64,000 nt of DNA from Acidobacteriota bacterium (GCA_004299485.1 SCQP01000008.1:132341-196340); one strand, 5' to 3'. Shown: positions 11,630 through 20,278, numbered from the stretch's first letter. The notes: a model not told the origin generated them from the sequence alone. Program-made: numbers and translations.

Positions 11630-12895
11630 ATGTCATTCTCTATGCACTTCCCCAAATATTGCTTCTCGCCTTTGCCTGTGGCGCTAGGTATTTTTCTGAT
11701 TGCGGCCAGTGCCCCGGCGGCCGGGCAGACGCCGAGGGCAAGCTCGCGCCATGCGGTTCCGGCGCGTGCGGAAATTCGTGCCATTTACCTAACCGGGCCA
11801 ACGGCGGGCCGAGCCCTGGGCCGGCGCCTGGCGGAGCAGTGGCGGAGTGAAGGCGGAAATGCGGTGGTCTTTGACATCAAAGACGACAGCAGCCCGGTGA
11901 GCTTCAATGCGCCACTGGCGCTGGCCAGCCATCTACGGCATCCGTACATTGCGAATTTGCCCGCGTGGGTGGATTGGCTGCACGCGCACGGTCTGTACGC
12001 GATCGCGCGCATTGACGTATTTCTGGATGCGCGGCTGGTGCAAGCCCATCCAGAGTTGGCGGTGCGTTCGCGCGCGACGGGCGGCGTGTGGCGCGAGCAT
12101 GGCGCGGCTACGTGGATGGATCCGTCGCAACCGGCGGTCGAGGACTACAATCTGGCGCTGGCGAAGATTGTGGCGGCCTCGGGCGTCGATGAAGTGCAGT
12201 TTGACGCGATCCGTTTTCCGGTGGACGGGCATCAGGCGGATGCGCGGTTTGCCTATCAGGCGGCGCACCCGGAGGAGGCGCGCGCGGACTTCATCACCAG
12301 CTTTCTGCGGCGCGCGCAGCAGGAGCTGAAGCCCAGCGGCGTGCGGATTTCGATTGACGTGTACGGCATCACCGGCTGGCAACATTCCGTAGATCTGAAG
12401 GCGACGGGGCAAAATATCGCGGTGCTGGCGCACTACTGCGACGTCATCTGCCCGATGATCTATCCATCGCATTTCTTCGGGCATTTCGACGGCTTCGCCG
12501 ATCCCTCAGCGCACCCGGTGCATTTCATCGAGGCGGGGATGCAGAAGTTTCAAAAGCTGACGCGGGGCGACGGGGTGGTGATCCGTCCGTGGCTGCAGGC
12601 GTTCCACTGGCGTACGAAATCGTACGGACCGGAATACGTGCAGGAGCAGGTGGCGACGGAGCACGCCGCGGGCGGCGGGGGCTTCATGCTCTGGAACGCG
12701 GGCAATATCTACACCGCGCCGAATGCGGCGATGCCGGCAATGCTGGCTGCCGGGAGCAAATATTTCAGCGGCGGCTATCCCTACCCCGTGACATTGATTG
12801 GCGCGGGGCCCCGCGTGGCTGCGCCACGCGACCCGCTTAGGCCGGGCCGGACTGGGGGCCCGGGGCCCCAGCCCGGCCCGGCCCGCCGGCCGTAG
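11630..12895 (+). CDS. putative glycoside hydrolase-like protein (DUF4015/GHL family), secreted
   Basis: Signal-like N-terminus. IRAIYLTG..., VVFDIKDD, QFDAIRFP and YPSHF motifs match my memory of the DUF4015 TIM-barrel family. The last ~35 codons read into repeat copy A, so the true C-terminus is uncertain. Confidence 0.6.
   Translation: MSFSMHFPKYCFSPLPVALGIFLIAASAPAAGQTPRASSRHAVPARAEIRAIYLTGPTAGRALGRRLAEQWRSEGGNAVVFDIKDDSSPVSFNAPLALASHLRHPYIANLPAWVDWLHAHGLYAIARIDVFLDARLVQAHPELAVRSRATGGVWREHGAATWMDPSQPAVEDYNLALAKIVAASGVDEVQFDAIRFPVDGHQADARFAYQAAHPEEARADFITSFLRRAQQELKPSGVRISIDVYGITGWQHSVDLKATGQNIAVLAHYCDVICPMIYPSHFFGHFDGFADPSAHPVHFIEAGMQKFQKLTRGDGVVIRPWLQAFHWRTKSYGPEYVQEQVATEHAAGGGGFMLWNAGNIYTAPNAAMPAMLAAGSKYFSGGYPYPVTLIGAGPRVAAPRDPLRPGRTGGPGPQPGPARRP
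12792..12838 (+). repeat. hairpin repeat family 2, copy A (REP-like)
   Basis: CATTGATTGGCGCGGGGCC-CGCGTGGC-TGC-GCCACGCG-ACCCGCTT, followed by a long GC hairpin GGCCGGGCCGG...CCGGCCCGGCC. It lies between two convergent genes. Confidence 0.8.
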
Positions 12896-14117
12896 GTTGG
12901 CGCCAGACGAGCACGGCGCCCACGAACATGAGGGCGGCGGCAGTGGCAAAGGCCAGGCTCGCGGAGATGACCCAAAGCCCGCCGACAAGCGCGCTGGCGA
13001 CGAAATCGCCCACACCGTTCACTGCGCCCAGCACGCCGTAACCGGTGGCACGGGAGGGCGCGGGCAGCAAGTCGGCGGGGATGGCGCCTTCGAGAGCATC
13101 CTGGAAGGCGACGTACGCGCCGGCGGCGGCAAAGACCAGCGCCAGCCAGGCAACCGGCGCCGCATGCCGCGCCATCAGGAGGGCGAGTCCGACCGCGCTG
13201 GCGGCGGCGAGGACATAGCCGCCCGCCAGTAATTTAGTTTTGGAAACGTGGTCGGCGAGCGCACCGGCAGGAAACGACACTGCAGCATACACGATGTTGT
13301 GCAGCACGTAGAGCAGGGCAGCAATTTGCGCGGCGCGGATGAGGCCGTGCGCAGGGGTGAGCAACTGGGTGGCGGCGAGGATGAAAAGGGTGTGGGAAAA
13401 ATCGCCCAGACCGAAAACGCCGGCGCCGCGCGCGAACTGGAAAAAGCTGCGCGGCAGCGAGCGCACCGCTTGATGCAGTTTGAGGCCGCGGCGCGCGCCG
13501 TGGCTGCGTTCGCGCACCAGGAACCAGAAGGCGGCCGCCGCTCCCAAGCCGGGAATGATGGCCAGCAGGAAAATCGTGCGGAACGGAGTCACGGGATTGA
13601 GATGCGGCAGATGCGCCAACAGCCAGATGCCGGCGAGCGGTCCCACGACGGCACCTAAAGTATCGGCGGCGCGGTGCAGGCCGAAAGCTTTACCGCGCAC
13701 GTCCGGCGGCGCGGCTTCCGAGAGCAGGGCGTCGCGCGCCGGTCCTTTGATGCCACGCGCCATCCAGGCCACCGCGCGGCCGGCAAGCACGACGGGCCAG
13801 CTTGCGGCGGCGGCGAGCACGCCCAGCGCCAGCGCCGTGAGGGCGTAGCCGCTGGCGACCAGGCCCTTGCGGTTACCGGCGCGGTCGGAGAGCCAGCCCG
13901 CGCTTAGCTTGACGAAGCTGGAGGAGGCATCGGCAGCGCCTTCGATCCAGCCCAGATCGCCGGCCGCGAGGCCGAGGGCGTGCAGGAAGCCGGGCAGCAT
14001 GACCGTGACCAACTCGTGGCCCGCATCGGACAGGAAGCTGGCAATGGCCATGCCGGCCACATCACGGTTGAGCCAACGATGCTGCGGCGGCGATTCTACA
14101 TGCGCGGGGAAAGACAC
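12837..14117 (-). CDS. MFS transporter
   Basis: 426 aa, about 12 hydrophobic segments, and an MFS-like loop (LSDRAGNRKG). The C-terminal tail reads into repeat copy A. Confidence 0.8.
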   Translation of the reverse strand: MSFPAHVESPPQHRWLNRDVAGMAIASFLSDAGHELVTVMLPGFLHALGLAAGDLGWIEGAADASSSFVKLSAGWLSDRAGNRKGLVASGYALTALALGVLAAAASWPVVLAGRAVAWMARGIKGPARDALLSEAAPPDVRGKAFGLHRAADTLGAVVGPLAGIWLLAHLPHLNPVTPFRTIFLLAIIPGLGAAAAFWFLVRERSHGARRGLKLHQAVRSLPRSFFQFARGAGVFGLGDFSHTLFILAATQLLTPAHGLIRAAQIAALLYVLHNIVYAAVSFPAGALADHVSKTKLLAGGYVLAAASAVGLALLMARHAAPVAWLALVFAAAGAYVAFQDALEGAIPADLLPAPSRATGYGVLGAVNGVGDFVASALVGGLWVISASLAFATAAALMFVGAVLVWRQPTAGGPGRAGAPGPQSGPA

Positions 14118-14154
14118 GGGAGCAGTGGGTTGATGCTAGCATGGAGTTGCTGTC

Positions 14155-14225
14155 GGGCGTTGGAGTTCGCCTTACCCAACCGCTCTAGCTCCTAAATGGG
14201 GCCGGAGCAGATGACTCCTACCAAA
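14155..14225 (+). ncRNA. fluoride riboswitch (crcB motif)
   Basis: GGCGUUGGAGUUCGCC...AACCGCU..GCUCC..GGAGC.AGAUGACUCCUACC. P1 is GGCG/CGCC. GGAGU pairs with the downstream ACUCC as a pseudoknot. The 3' GAUGACUCCUAC closely matches the Bacillus cereus crcB motif as I remember it. It sits directly upstream of crcB. Confidence 0.85.
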
Positions 14226-14247
14226 TCATTGGCAGGAGTTAAATTTT
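14215..14247 (+). terminator. riboswitch expression platform: terminator-like hairpin + U-tract that also covers the crcB SD
   Basis: CTCCTACCAA-ATCA-TTGGCAGGAG (10 bp, 1 mismatch) followed by TTAAATTTT. The 5' arm overlaps the pseudoknot strand. GGAG (14235-14238) is the likely SD for the TTG start at 14246. Confidence 0.7.
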
Positions 14248-14680
14248 GGCTACAACCGTTTCTGTGCCTGCTGAAGTGGTGCAGCATGCGCTTTCCGGGC
14301 GCACGCTGGCGCTGGGCATTGCCATCGCGGGGGCGCTGGGCGCGCTGAGCCGCTGGGGACTGGGGCAGTGGCTGGAGGTGTTAGGCGGAGGACACTTCCC
14401 CTACGACACGCTGGCCGCGAACCTGATCGGCTGCTTCCTGCTGGGCTTCGTGATGCACATCGGCGGCCACGCACGCTGGATCAGCGGCGAGATGCGCACC
14501 ATCATCGCGGTGGGATTTATCGGCGCCCTGACAACGTTTTCCACCTGGGAGTTCGAAACACTGCACATGGCGCGCGGCGGCGAAGTGCTGCTGGCGGCGG
14601 GCAACTTCGCGGTGAACGTATTTTTGGGGTTCCTGCTGATTTGGGCGGGCGGACGGCTCGCCACGGGGCTACTGCACTAA
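14246..14680 (+). CDS. crcB: fluoride ion channel CrcB/FluC
   Basis: GALGALSRW, NLIGCFLLGF and GFIGALTTFSTWEFE motifs. TTG start as in the track; the start is uncertain. Confidence 0.9.
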   Translation: MATTVSVPAEVVQHALSGRTLALGIAIAGALGALSRWGLGQWLEVLGGGHFPYDTLAANLIGCFLLGFVMHIGGHARWISGEMRTIIAVGFIGALTTFSTWEFETLHMARGGEVLLAAGNFAVNVFLGFLLIWAGGRLATGLLH

Positions 14681-14959
14681 CTAGAGCGAGACTATGGACT
14701 GCAGGCCGGTGATTTCGAAGGATTTGCGGCAGCGGGGGTTGGAGCAGGCGAGTTTGTCGTCACGGCGGACCATATAGCTGGAGAGTTTGGCGAACTTGGC
14801 GCGGTCGAGCGAGTCGGCGCGGGCGGGCGGCGCGGGTTTTTTGCGGCGCACCACCCAGGTGACGGCATATTCGGCCTCCGTGCGGCAATGGGGGCAAGTC
14901 AGCCGCGCCTTTTTGGGCTCGTTCGATTCGTTGAAAAATTCGCGCTCTTCCATAGGCAA
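14681..14959 (-). CDS. small zinc-ribbon protein, hypothetical
   Basis: 92 aa with CPHC...C..PRC cysteine pairs. It starts 3 nt after the mrp stop, suggesting co-transcription. Confidence 0.55.
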   Translation of the reverse strand: MPMEEREFFNESNEPKKARLTCPHCRTEAEYAVTWVVRRKKPAPPARADSLDRAKFAKLSSYMVRRDDKLACSNPRCRKSFEITGLQSIVSL

Positions 14960-14962
14960 TGG

Positions 14963-15802
14963 TCAGGCGCGGACGTGCAGCACATCGCCCTCGGCGCCCA
15001 ACTCTTCCACACTAGCACGCAGCCGCCGGGCCACTTCGAAAAATGGACCCGCGGCCTCGCTGGCTTCGCCAAGTGTGGCCACGGGGCAACCGCGATCCCC
15101 GCCCTGGCGGATATCGGCCATGAGCGGCAGGGCGCCGAGGAAGGGGACACCGAACTTTTCGGCCGTCACTTCCCCGCCGCCGTGGCTGAAGATGTCGACG
15201 CCTTTGTGGCAGTGCGGACAATTGAAGTAGCTCATGTTTTCGATCACGCCCAGCACCTGAATGCGCAGTTGCTGGAACATGTTCAGGGCCTTGCGGCCAT
15301 CCTGGAGAGAAACGTCGGAAGGCGTGGTGACGACGATGCCGCCGCTGAGGGGGACGCTTTGCGCCAGGCTGAGGGCAATGTCGCCGGTGCCGGGCGGCAG
15401 ATCGATCAGGAGGTAATCGAGATCGCCCCACTGCACCTGGCGCAGGAACTGCTGCATGGCGCTGTGGAGCAGCGGGCCGCGCCACATTACGGGCTTGTCG
15501 CCGGGATTGAGCAGGCCCATGGACATGAACTTGATGCCGAAATTCTCGAGCGGCTCGATGCGATTGCCTTCGAGGACGTGGGGCATTTCGCTTTTGCCCA
15601 TCATCAGTGGCACGTTCGGCCCATATACGTCGGAGTCGAGCAGGCCCACCAGTTGGCCCAACTCGGCCAGGGCGATGGCCAGATTGACGGCGACCGTGGT
15701 TTTTCCGACGCCGCCTTTGCCGCTGCCAACGGCGACGATGTGTTTGACTCCGGGAATTTGTTGGGTCGGTGCGGGCGGGTGAGACGGATGAGGAGCAGGC
15801 AT
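14963..15802 (-). CDS. apbC: Mrp/ApbC/NBP35-family Fe-S cluster carrier ATPase
   Basis: Deviant Walker A VGSGKGGVGKTT, CPHC motif, and DLPPGTGD. The start is moved to the internal ATG at 15802 (MPAPHPSHP..). Confidence 0.88.
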   Translation of the reverse strand: MPAPHPSHPPAPTQQIPGVKHIVAVGSGKGGVGKTTVAVNLAIALAELGQLVGLLDSDVYGPNVPLMMGKSEMPHVLEGNRIEPLENFGIKFMSMGLLNPGDKPVMWRGPLLHSAMQQFLRQVQWGDLDYLLIDLPPGTGDIALSLAQSVPLSGGIVVTTPSDVSLQDGRKALNMFQQLRIQVLGVIENMSYFNCPHCHKGVDIFSHGGGEVTAEKFGVPFLGALPLMADIRQGGDRGCPVATLGEASEAAGPFFEVARRLRASVEELGAEGDVLHVRA

Positions 15803-15829
15803 AACAGTACTCGATTTATTATAGACGGC

Positions 15830-16789
15830 ATGATATGCGCGGTATCGCTCAACCCCGCGGTGGACAAGTATTTGCGCTTGCAGCAGTTGCGACGCGGGGA
15901 GCATGTAGAAGTGGAAGAAGTGGTGACGTCAGCGGGCGGCAAGGGAATCAATGTAGCCGGAGTGCTGCGGGTGCTGGGCGAAGAAGTTGAGGTGATTGGA
16001 TTTTTTGGCGGTCACACGGGTGCGTACATTCTCGAAGAAGTGGCACGAGAAGGGATTCACGTCGACCCGGTGCGGATTCAGGCGACGACGCGGACGGCGT
16101 TCGTAGTTGTCGAAGCGGACGGATGTGAAACGGAAATTGTCGAGCCGGGCGGTGAGGTGAGCGCGGCGGAGATCGTGCAACTGCGCGCCCAGCTACGGCA
16201 GACCGCAGCGCGGGCGGCGGTGGTGGTGTTGTCGGGCAGCGTGCCGCCGGGATGTCCGGATGACATTTATGTGCAGTTGCTGCGCGATTGTGGCGGGCAC
16301 TGCCCGGTGATCGTGGATACGAGCCGGCGGTGGTTGCGGGCGGTATACGAGTCGCATCCGCGGCCGGCTCCGGCCATCGTAAAACCCAACCGGCGGGAAG
16401 CCGAGGCGCTGCTTGGCGAAACGCTGGCCGATGCGCCAGGCATTGGCCGTGCTCTGCAGCGGCTGGCACAGGCGGGCATTGGGATGCCGGTGATCTCGGA
16501 CGGAGCGGCGGGGCTCTACGCACTGGCGGGCGGACAGGTTCTGCGTGCCGTGATGCCCAAGCTGCAGCGGGTGAATTCTGTAGGATCGGGCGATGCCGCG
16601 GTAGCGGGACTGGCGGCAGGACTGGCGCGCGGCCTGAAGCCGGAAGCCATGCTGCAGCTCGCGGCAGCCTGCGGCGGCGCGAACGTGCTGACCAAGGAAT
16701 GCGCGCAGGTGCGGCGCGAGGATTTGGAGGGGCTGCTGCCTCAGATCGCGGTTCGCAGGGTCGAAGCTACAACTCCGTGCCCAGCGTGA
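15830..16789 (+). CDS. PfkB-family sugar-phosphate kinase (1-phosphofructokinase/tagatose-6-P kinase-like)
   Basis: This is the second half of track ORF 14888..16789. It starts at MICAVSLNPAVDKY.., with GGKGINVA and the C-terminal GSGDAAVAG motif. The first half of that ORF is antisense to apbC. Confidence 0.85.
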   Translation: MICAVSLNPAVDKYLRLQQLRRGEHVEVEEVVTSAGGKGINVAGVLRVLGEEVEVIGFFGGHTGAYILEEVAREGIHVDPVRIQATTRTAFVVVEADGCETEIVEPGGEVSAAEIVQLRAQLRQTAARAAVVVLSGSVPPGCPDDIYVQLLRDCGGHCPVIVDTSRRWLRAVYESHPRPAPAIVKPNRREAEALLGETLADAPGIGRALQRLAQAGIGMPVISDGAAGLYALAGGQVLRAVMPKLQRVNSVGSGDAAVAGLAAGLARGLKPEAMLQLAAACGGANVLTKECAQVRREDLEGLLPQIAVRRVEATTPCPA

Positions 16790-17945
16790 TGGGGATCTTG
16801 ATTTGCTTGCCGTGGCGCTGGATGGTGAGGGTGATGGTGCTGCCCGGTTTCTGCAGCAACAGGATGTTGCCTAACTGGCCCTGATCCTGCAGGGGTTCGC
16901 CGTCAACCGCCAGGATGATGTCGCCGCCAAAGTGGACCTGCGTATTGCCGATGTAGCCGGGTTCATTGCCGGCGCGCAGCCCGGCGTTAGCGGCCAGGCT
17001 GCCGCGGCGTACGCCCAGGACCAACAGACCGTGGCTGACGTTGAGGCCGAGCTGCTGGGCGACGCTGGGCGAAATGGGATAGGTCAGCATGCCGAGCGAA
17101 ACGGTCTGCACATGGCCGGTGGTGATGAGCTGATTCAGCACAGCCTTGACGCTATTAATAGGAATGGCGAAGCCAATGCCGACGTTAGAACCGGTCTGGG
17201 TGTAAATCATGGTGTCGATGCCGATCACCTCGCCCAGGGTATTGAGCAGCGGGCCACCGCTGTTGCCGGGGTTGATGGGGGCATCGGTCTGAATGGCATT
17301 TTCGATGTCGGCGCCGGGCGCGCCATTATCCTGCGGGCCTTCATGCACGGTGCGGATGGAGCTGATGATGCCGGAAGTCATAGTGCCCGGCAGCCCGTAG
17401 GGATTGCCGATGGCGAGCACATGCTGGCCCACCTGCAGATTGCCGCTGTCGCCCAGGGTCATGGCCGGCACGGACTGGCCGGCGTCAATCTTGATCACCG
17501 CCAGATCGAGCTGCGGGGCGGTGCCCACGACGGTGGCGGGGTATTGATGGGAGTCATCCTTTTTGGGCGTCCAAGTCACGGTCAGCTTTTGCGCATCGCG
17601 GATGACGTGATAATTCGTCAGGATGTAGCCTTTGCCGTTGATGAAAAAGCCGGAACCCTGGCCCGAGGCCGGAACCGGTCCCCAGAGCATGCTGTATTGG
17701 ATAATCTGCGAAGTGACGTTGACCACTGAGGGCTTGACGCGGTGGTAGATATTGATGTCGCGCAGCTCGTCGGGCTCGAATTGGGTCTGGGGCGGCGCCT
17801 CCGCCAGAGCCACCGTGTGACCGATAGCGCGTGGCGCCAGTGCGCTCCCAAAGTCCGGGTAAAATGGGCCGCCGTGAGTCGAGACATACAGGAAAAAGCC
17901 CCCAGCCAGAATTAGGGCGAGAGCCAGCACCGGTCTCCATTTCAT
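16767..17945 (-). CDS. HtrA/DegP-family serine protease (trypsin-like + PDZ)
   Basis: TNYHV, DLAVIK and GNSGGPL catalytic-triad contexts, with a C-terminal PDZ. The start is taken at MKWRPVLALAL (17945), right after the coaE stop. Confidence 0.88.
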   Translation of the reverse strand: MKWRPVLALALILAGGFFLYVSTHGGPFYPDFGSALAPRAIGHTVALAEAPPQTQFEPDELRDINIYHRVKPSVVNVTSQIIQYSMLWGPVPASGQGSGFFINGKGYILTNYHVIRDAQKLTVTWTPKKDDSHQYPATVVGTAPQLDLAVIKIDAGQSVPAMTLGDSGNLQVGQHVLAIGNPYGLPGTMTSGIISSIRTVHEGPQDNGAPGADIENAIQTDAPINPGNSGGPLLNTLGEVIGIDTMIYTQTGSNVGIGFAIPINSVKAVLNQLITTGHVQTVSLGMLTYPISPSVAQQLGLNVSHGLLVLGVRRGSLAANAGLRAGNEPGYIGNTQVHFGGDIILAVDGEPLQDQGQLGNILLLQKPGSTITLTIQRHGKQIKIPITLGTEL

Positions 17946-18523
17946 GCGTTTGCCTCGGCGAGAAAGCGATTCCAAAGGCGCCCCACCTCGGCGGCGAGGG
18001 CGGCAAGGGTTCCCTTATTTGAAATCACAATATCAGCTTGCGCTAGTTTGCGTTCCTCGGGCAACTGATGCGCCATGCGGGCCAGAGCCTGCTCGCGGCT
18101 GGCGCCGGCCTTGCGCATGAAGCGCTGGATGCGCACTTCCGGATCGGCGGCCACAAGGATTACGTGATCGAAGCCCGTCAGCAGCCCGGCTTCGATCAAC
18201 AACGTGGCTTCGATGCCGGCGACCTTAGTTCCCTGCTGCTGCCATTGGTGCAACTGATTCCAGGCGCGGGCCATGATCAGCGGATGCAGGATTTGGTTGA
18301 GCTCGCCTAGAGCACCGGTGGCGCCGGGAGCAAACACGATGGCCGCCAATTGTGCGGGTTCCACGGTGCCAAAGCGGGCGAGCACGGCGTCGTGGGCCTC
18401 CGTTTGGAGCAGCTCGTGGCCGAGACGGTCGGCATCGACCACGGGACAGCCACGCTCGCGCAGCAGGGCGGAGACGGTGCTCTTGCCGCTGGACAGGCCG
18501 CCGGTTATCGCCAGCTTAAGCAT
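17942..18523 (-). CDS. coaE: dephospho-CoA kinase
   Basis: The internal Met gives MLKLAITGGLSSGKSTVSALLRERGCPVVDAD. The upstream 86 codons are Arg/Pro-rich read-through of repeat copy D. Confidence 0.88.
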   Translation of the reverse strand: MLKLAITGGLSSGKSTVSALLRERGCPVVDADRLGHELLQTEAHDAVLARFGTVEPAQLAAIVFAPGATGALGELNQILHPLIMARAWNQLHQWQQQGTKVAGIEATLLIEAGLLTGFDHVILVAADPEVRIQRFMRKAGASREQALARMAHQLPEERKLAQADIVISNKGTLAALAAEVGRLWNRFLAEANA

Positions 18524-18569
18524 TCTATTGATCGCGGGCGCCCAGCGCGGCTGCGCCGCGCGGCCCGCT
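18521..18569 (+). repeat. hairpin repeat family 2, copy D (diverged)
   Basis: CATTCTATTGATCGCGGGCGCCCA-GCGCGGC-TGC-GCCGCGC-GGCCCGCTC. The loop TGC and the outer GCGGG/CCCGC pairing are conserved. It lies in the folD-coaE intergenic region. Confidence 0.6.
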
Positions 18570-18651
18570 CTCCAAGGCGGCCAGCCCGCTACGCCGGGGC
18601 CCCCTACTCCCCGGCTTCGCTGCGTTGCGTTTCGTCGAGCGCAGCATAGCG

Positions 18652-19584
18652 TCAGGAAGCTGGGGCGACGGCTACGCCGCGGCGGGCGGCGGCCAGATCG
18701 ACGGTGTTGCTCATAAGCATGGCGATGGTGAGGGGACCGACCCCGCCGGGCACCGGAGTAAAGGCGGAGGCCAGAGCGCAAGCGGCGCGGGGGTCGACGT
18801 CACCAATAAGAGTGCGACCACGGCGGTCGAATTCTTCCCGGCGTTTGCGGCTGCCGGGGAAATAGGTTTCGACATCCTCAGCACGGATGAGAGTATTGAC
18901 GCCGACATCGACGACGACGGCGCCACGGCGAATATGGCGCTCGCCCAGCATGGCGGCGCGGCCGATGGCGGCAAAGAGCAGCTCGCCGCGCTGGCAGACT
19001 TCGGGCAAGTTGCGGGTTTTCGAGTGGCACAGCGTCACCGTAGCGTTGGCGTGGAGCAGCAGCAGGGCCAGGGGCTTGCCGACGATGTCGCTGCGGCCGA
19101 CCACGACAGCCTCACGGCCGGCGACAGCGATCTGATTGCGGCGCAGCAGCTCCATGATGCCGGCAGGTGTGCAGGGGCGCGGGCCGGGGCGGCCGGTCAC
19201 CAGCTTGCCGAGGTTAACGGGATGGAAACCGTCAACGTCTTTTTCCGGCGCGACGGCGAGGAGCACGGCGGCGGCATCGACCTGAGGGGGGAGTGGGAGC
19301 TGGACGAGAATGCCGTCGATATCATCGCGGGCGTTGAGGCGGGCCACATCGTCGAGCAGCTCCGCGGTGGAGACACTGGCCGGGCGCAGAATCTGCTCGG
19401 AAAAGATGCCCAGCTCGTTGCAGGCGCGGATCTTGGCGCGGACGTAGACGGCGGAGGCGGCGTTGTCACCGGCCAGGATCACGGCCAAACCGGGCGGGTG
19501 GGCGCTGAAGGCGCGCACGCGCTCACCGACTTCACTGCGAATGGCCGCGCCGGCGGCCGTGCCATCCAGGACTTTGGCGCTCAC
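18652..19584 (-). CDS. folD: bifunctional methylenetetrahydrofolate dehydrogenase/methenyl-THF cyclohydrolase
   Basis: MSAKVLDGTA.., LAVILAGDNAASAVYVRAKIRAC, DGILVQLPLP, GVGPLTIAML. Confidence 0.93.
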   Translation of the reverse strand: MSAKVLDGTAAGAAIRSEVGERVRAFSAHPPGLAVILAGDNAASAVYVRAKIRACNELGIFSEQILRPASVSTAELLDDVARLNARDDIDGILVQLPLPPQVDAAAVLLAVAPEKDVDGFHPVNLGKLVTGRPGPRPCTPAGIMELLRRNQIAVAGREAVVVGRSDIVGKPLALLLLHANATVTLCHSKTRNLPEVCQRGELLFAAIGRAAMLGERHIRRGAVVVDVGVNTLIRAEDVETYFPGSRKRREEFDRRGRTLIGDVDPRAACALASAFTPVPGGVGPLTIAMLMSNTVDLAAARRGVAVAPAS

Positions 19585-19601
19585 TTTAAAAGTTTAGCGG
19601 A

Positions 19602-20021
19602 TCAGACGAGCTCGAACGGCAGCAAGCGGTGGCCGCGGCGGATGCGGTAAGCGCTGAAGTGCTTGCGATCCAAGGTGAAAATGCGGCTGGTCCGCAGCCG
19701 TTCGGCGGCGACCACGAGACTGGCATCCGCCAGATCCATAGGCTGGTCTGCGTATTGCTCCATCAGCGCGAAACATCGGGTCAGTGTAGCCGAGCTAAGA
19801 TACCAAATGGCAACCGCCCCACGCAGGACAAAATCGCGGAGCGCGCGGCCGCCCGGGGTGCTTGGCTGCAGCAGGTGAGCGGCCTCCACGAGCACGGGAA
19901 CCGTGGTGAACAGCCGGTCGGAGATAGTGGACAAGGTTGCGCGGGCAGCAACGTGCGGCGCTTCGGTCCGATCAAACAGGGCGATCAGTGGACCCGCATC
20001 GATCATCACAGGTGGCTTCAC
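19602..20021 (-). CDS. vapC: PIN-domain toxin (VapC-like)
   Basis: 139 aa. Acidic PIN residues are in the expected contexts (MIDAGPLIAL, VLVEAAHLL, DLADASLV, TLDRKHF). It overlaps the upstream antitoxin by 4 nt. Confidence 0.8.
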   Translation of the reverse strand: MKPPVMIDAGPLIALFDRTEAPHVAARATLSTISDRLFTTVPVLVEAAHLLQPSTPGGRALRDFVLRGAVAIWYLSSATLTRCFALMEQYADQPMDLADASLVVAAERLRTSRIFTLDRKHFSAYRIRRGHRLLPFELV

Positions 20022-20278
20022 AGGCCGTGTTTGCGGCGGATTGCATCCTTCATGCGCTTTTCGACCTCCAACGATGCACCCCTGGCATAGCCTCCCGGAC
20101 CGAGATCGAGGGTCTTGTAGATATCGAAGGCACGCGGGTGCTGTCTAACCGGCTGCCGCGGCTGCAGCGCGCGCAAACCGCGGCGCAGGATCGCCGAGAC
20201 CGGCTCGCAGGTCGTTCGCTGCAATTGCCGTAGAATGCGCTCGTCCTCGGCTCCGAGTCGAACGGTCCGAATCGCCAT
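20018..20278 (-). CDS. vapB: ribbon-helix-helix (CopG-like) antitoxin (VapB-like)
   Basis: MAIRTVRLGAEDERILRQLQRTT.. from the ATG at 20278, with GGAGGGAAG upstream. The 4-nt overlap with the PIN gene is typical type II TA architecture. Confidence 0.7.
   Translation of the reverse strand: MAIRTVRLGAEDERILRQLQRTTCEPVSAILRRGLRALQPRQPVRQHPRAFDIYKTLDLGPGGYARGASLEVEKRMKDAIRRKHGL

Noticed and set aside
12781-12975. Look-alike peptides (..SG.RGAAT.GPAP.NV..) in ORFs 12781..12975, 12506..13015 and 60614..60835
   Set aside because: They are produced by translating hairpin repeat family 2 on the opposite strand. This is not a gene family.
14888-15829. N-terminal 314 codons of track ORF 14888..16789, which would make a 633-aa kinase
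   Set aside because: This part is antisense to the well-supported apbC gene and has no kinase similarity. The PfkB homology starts at the internal ATG at 15830.
15803-15829. 27-bp AT-rich divergent spacer between apbC and the pfkB-family gene, as a shared bidirectional promoter
   Set aside because: It is too short to hold two promoters. More likely one or both transcription starts lie within the neighbouring genes, or a start codon is mis-set. Nothing further can be supported from the sequence.
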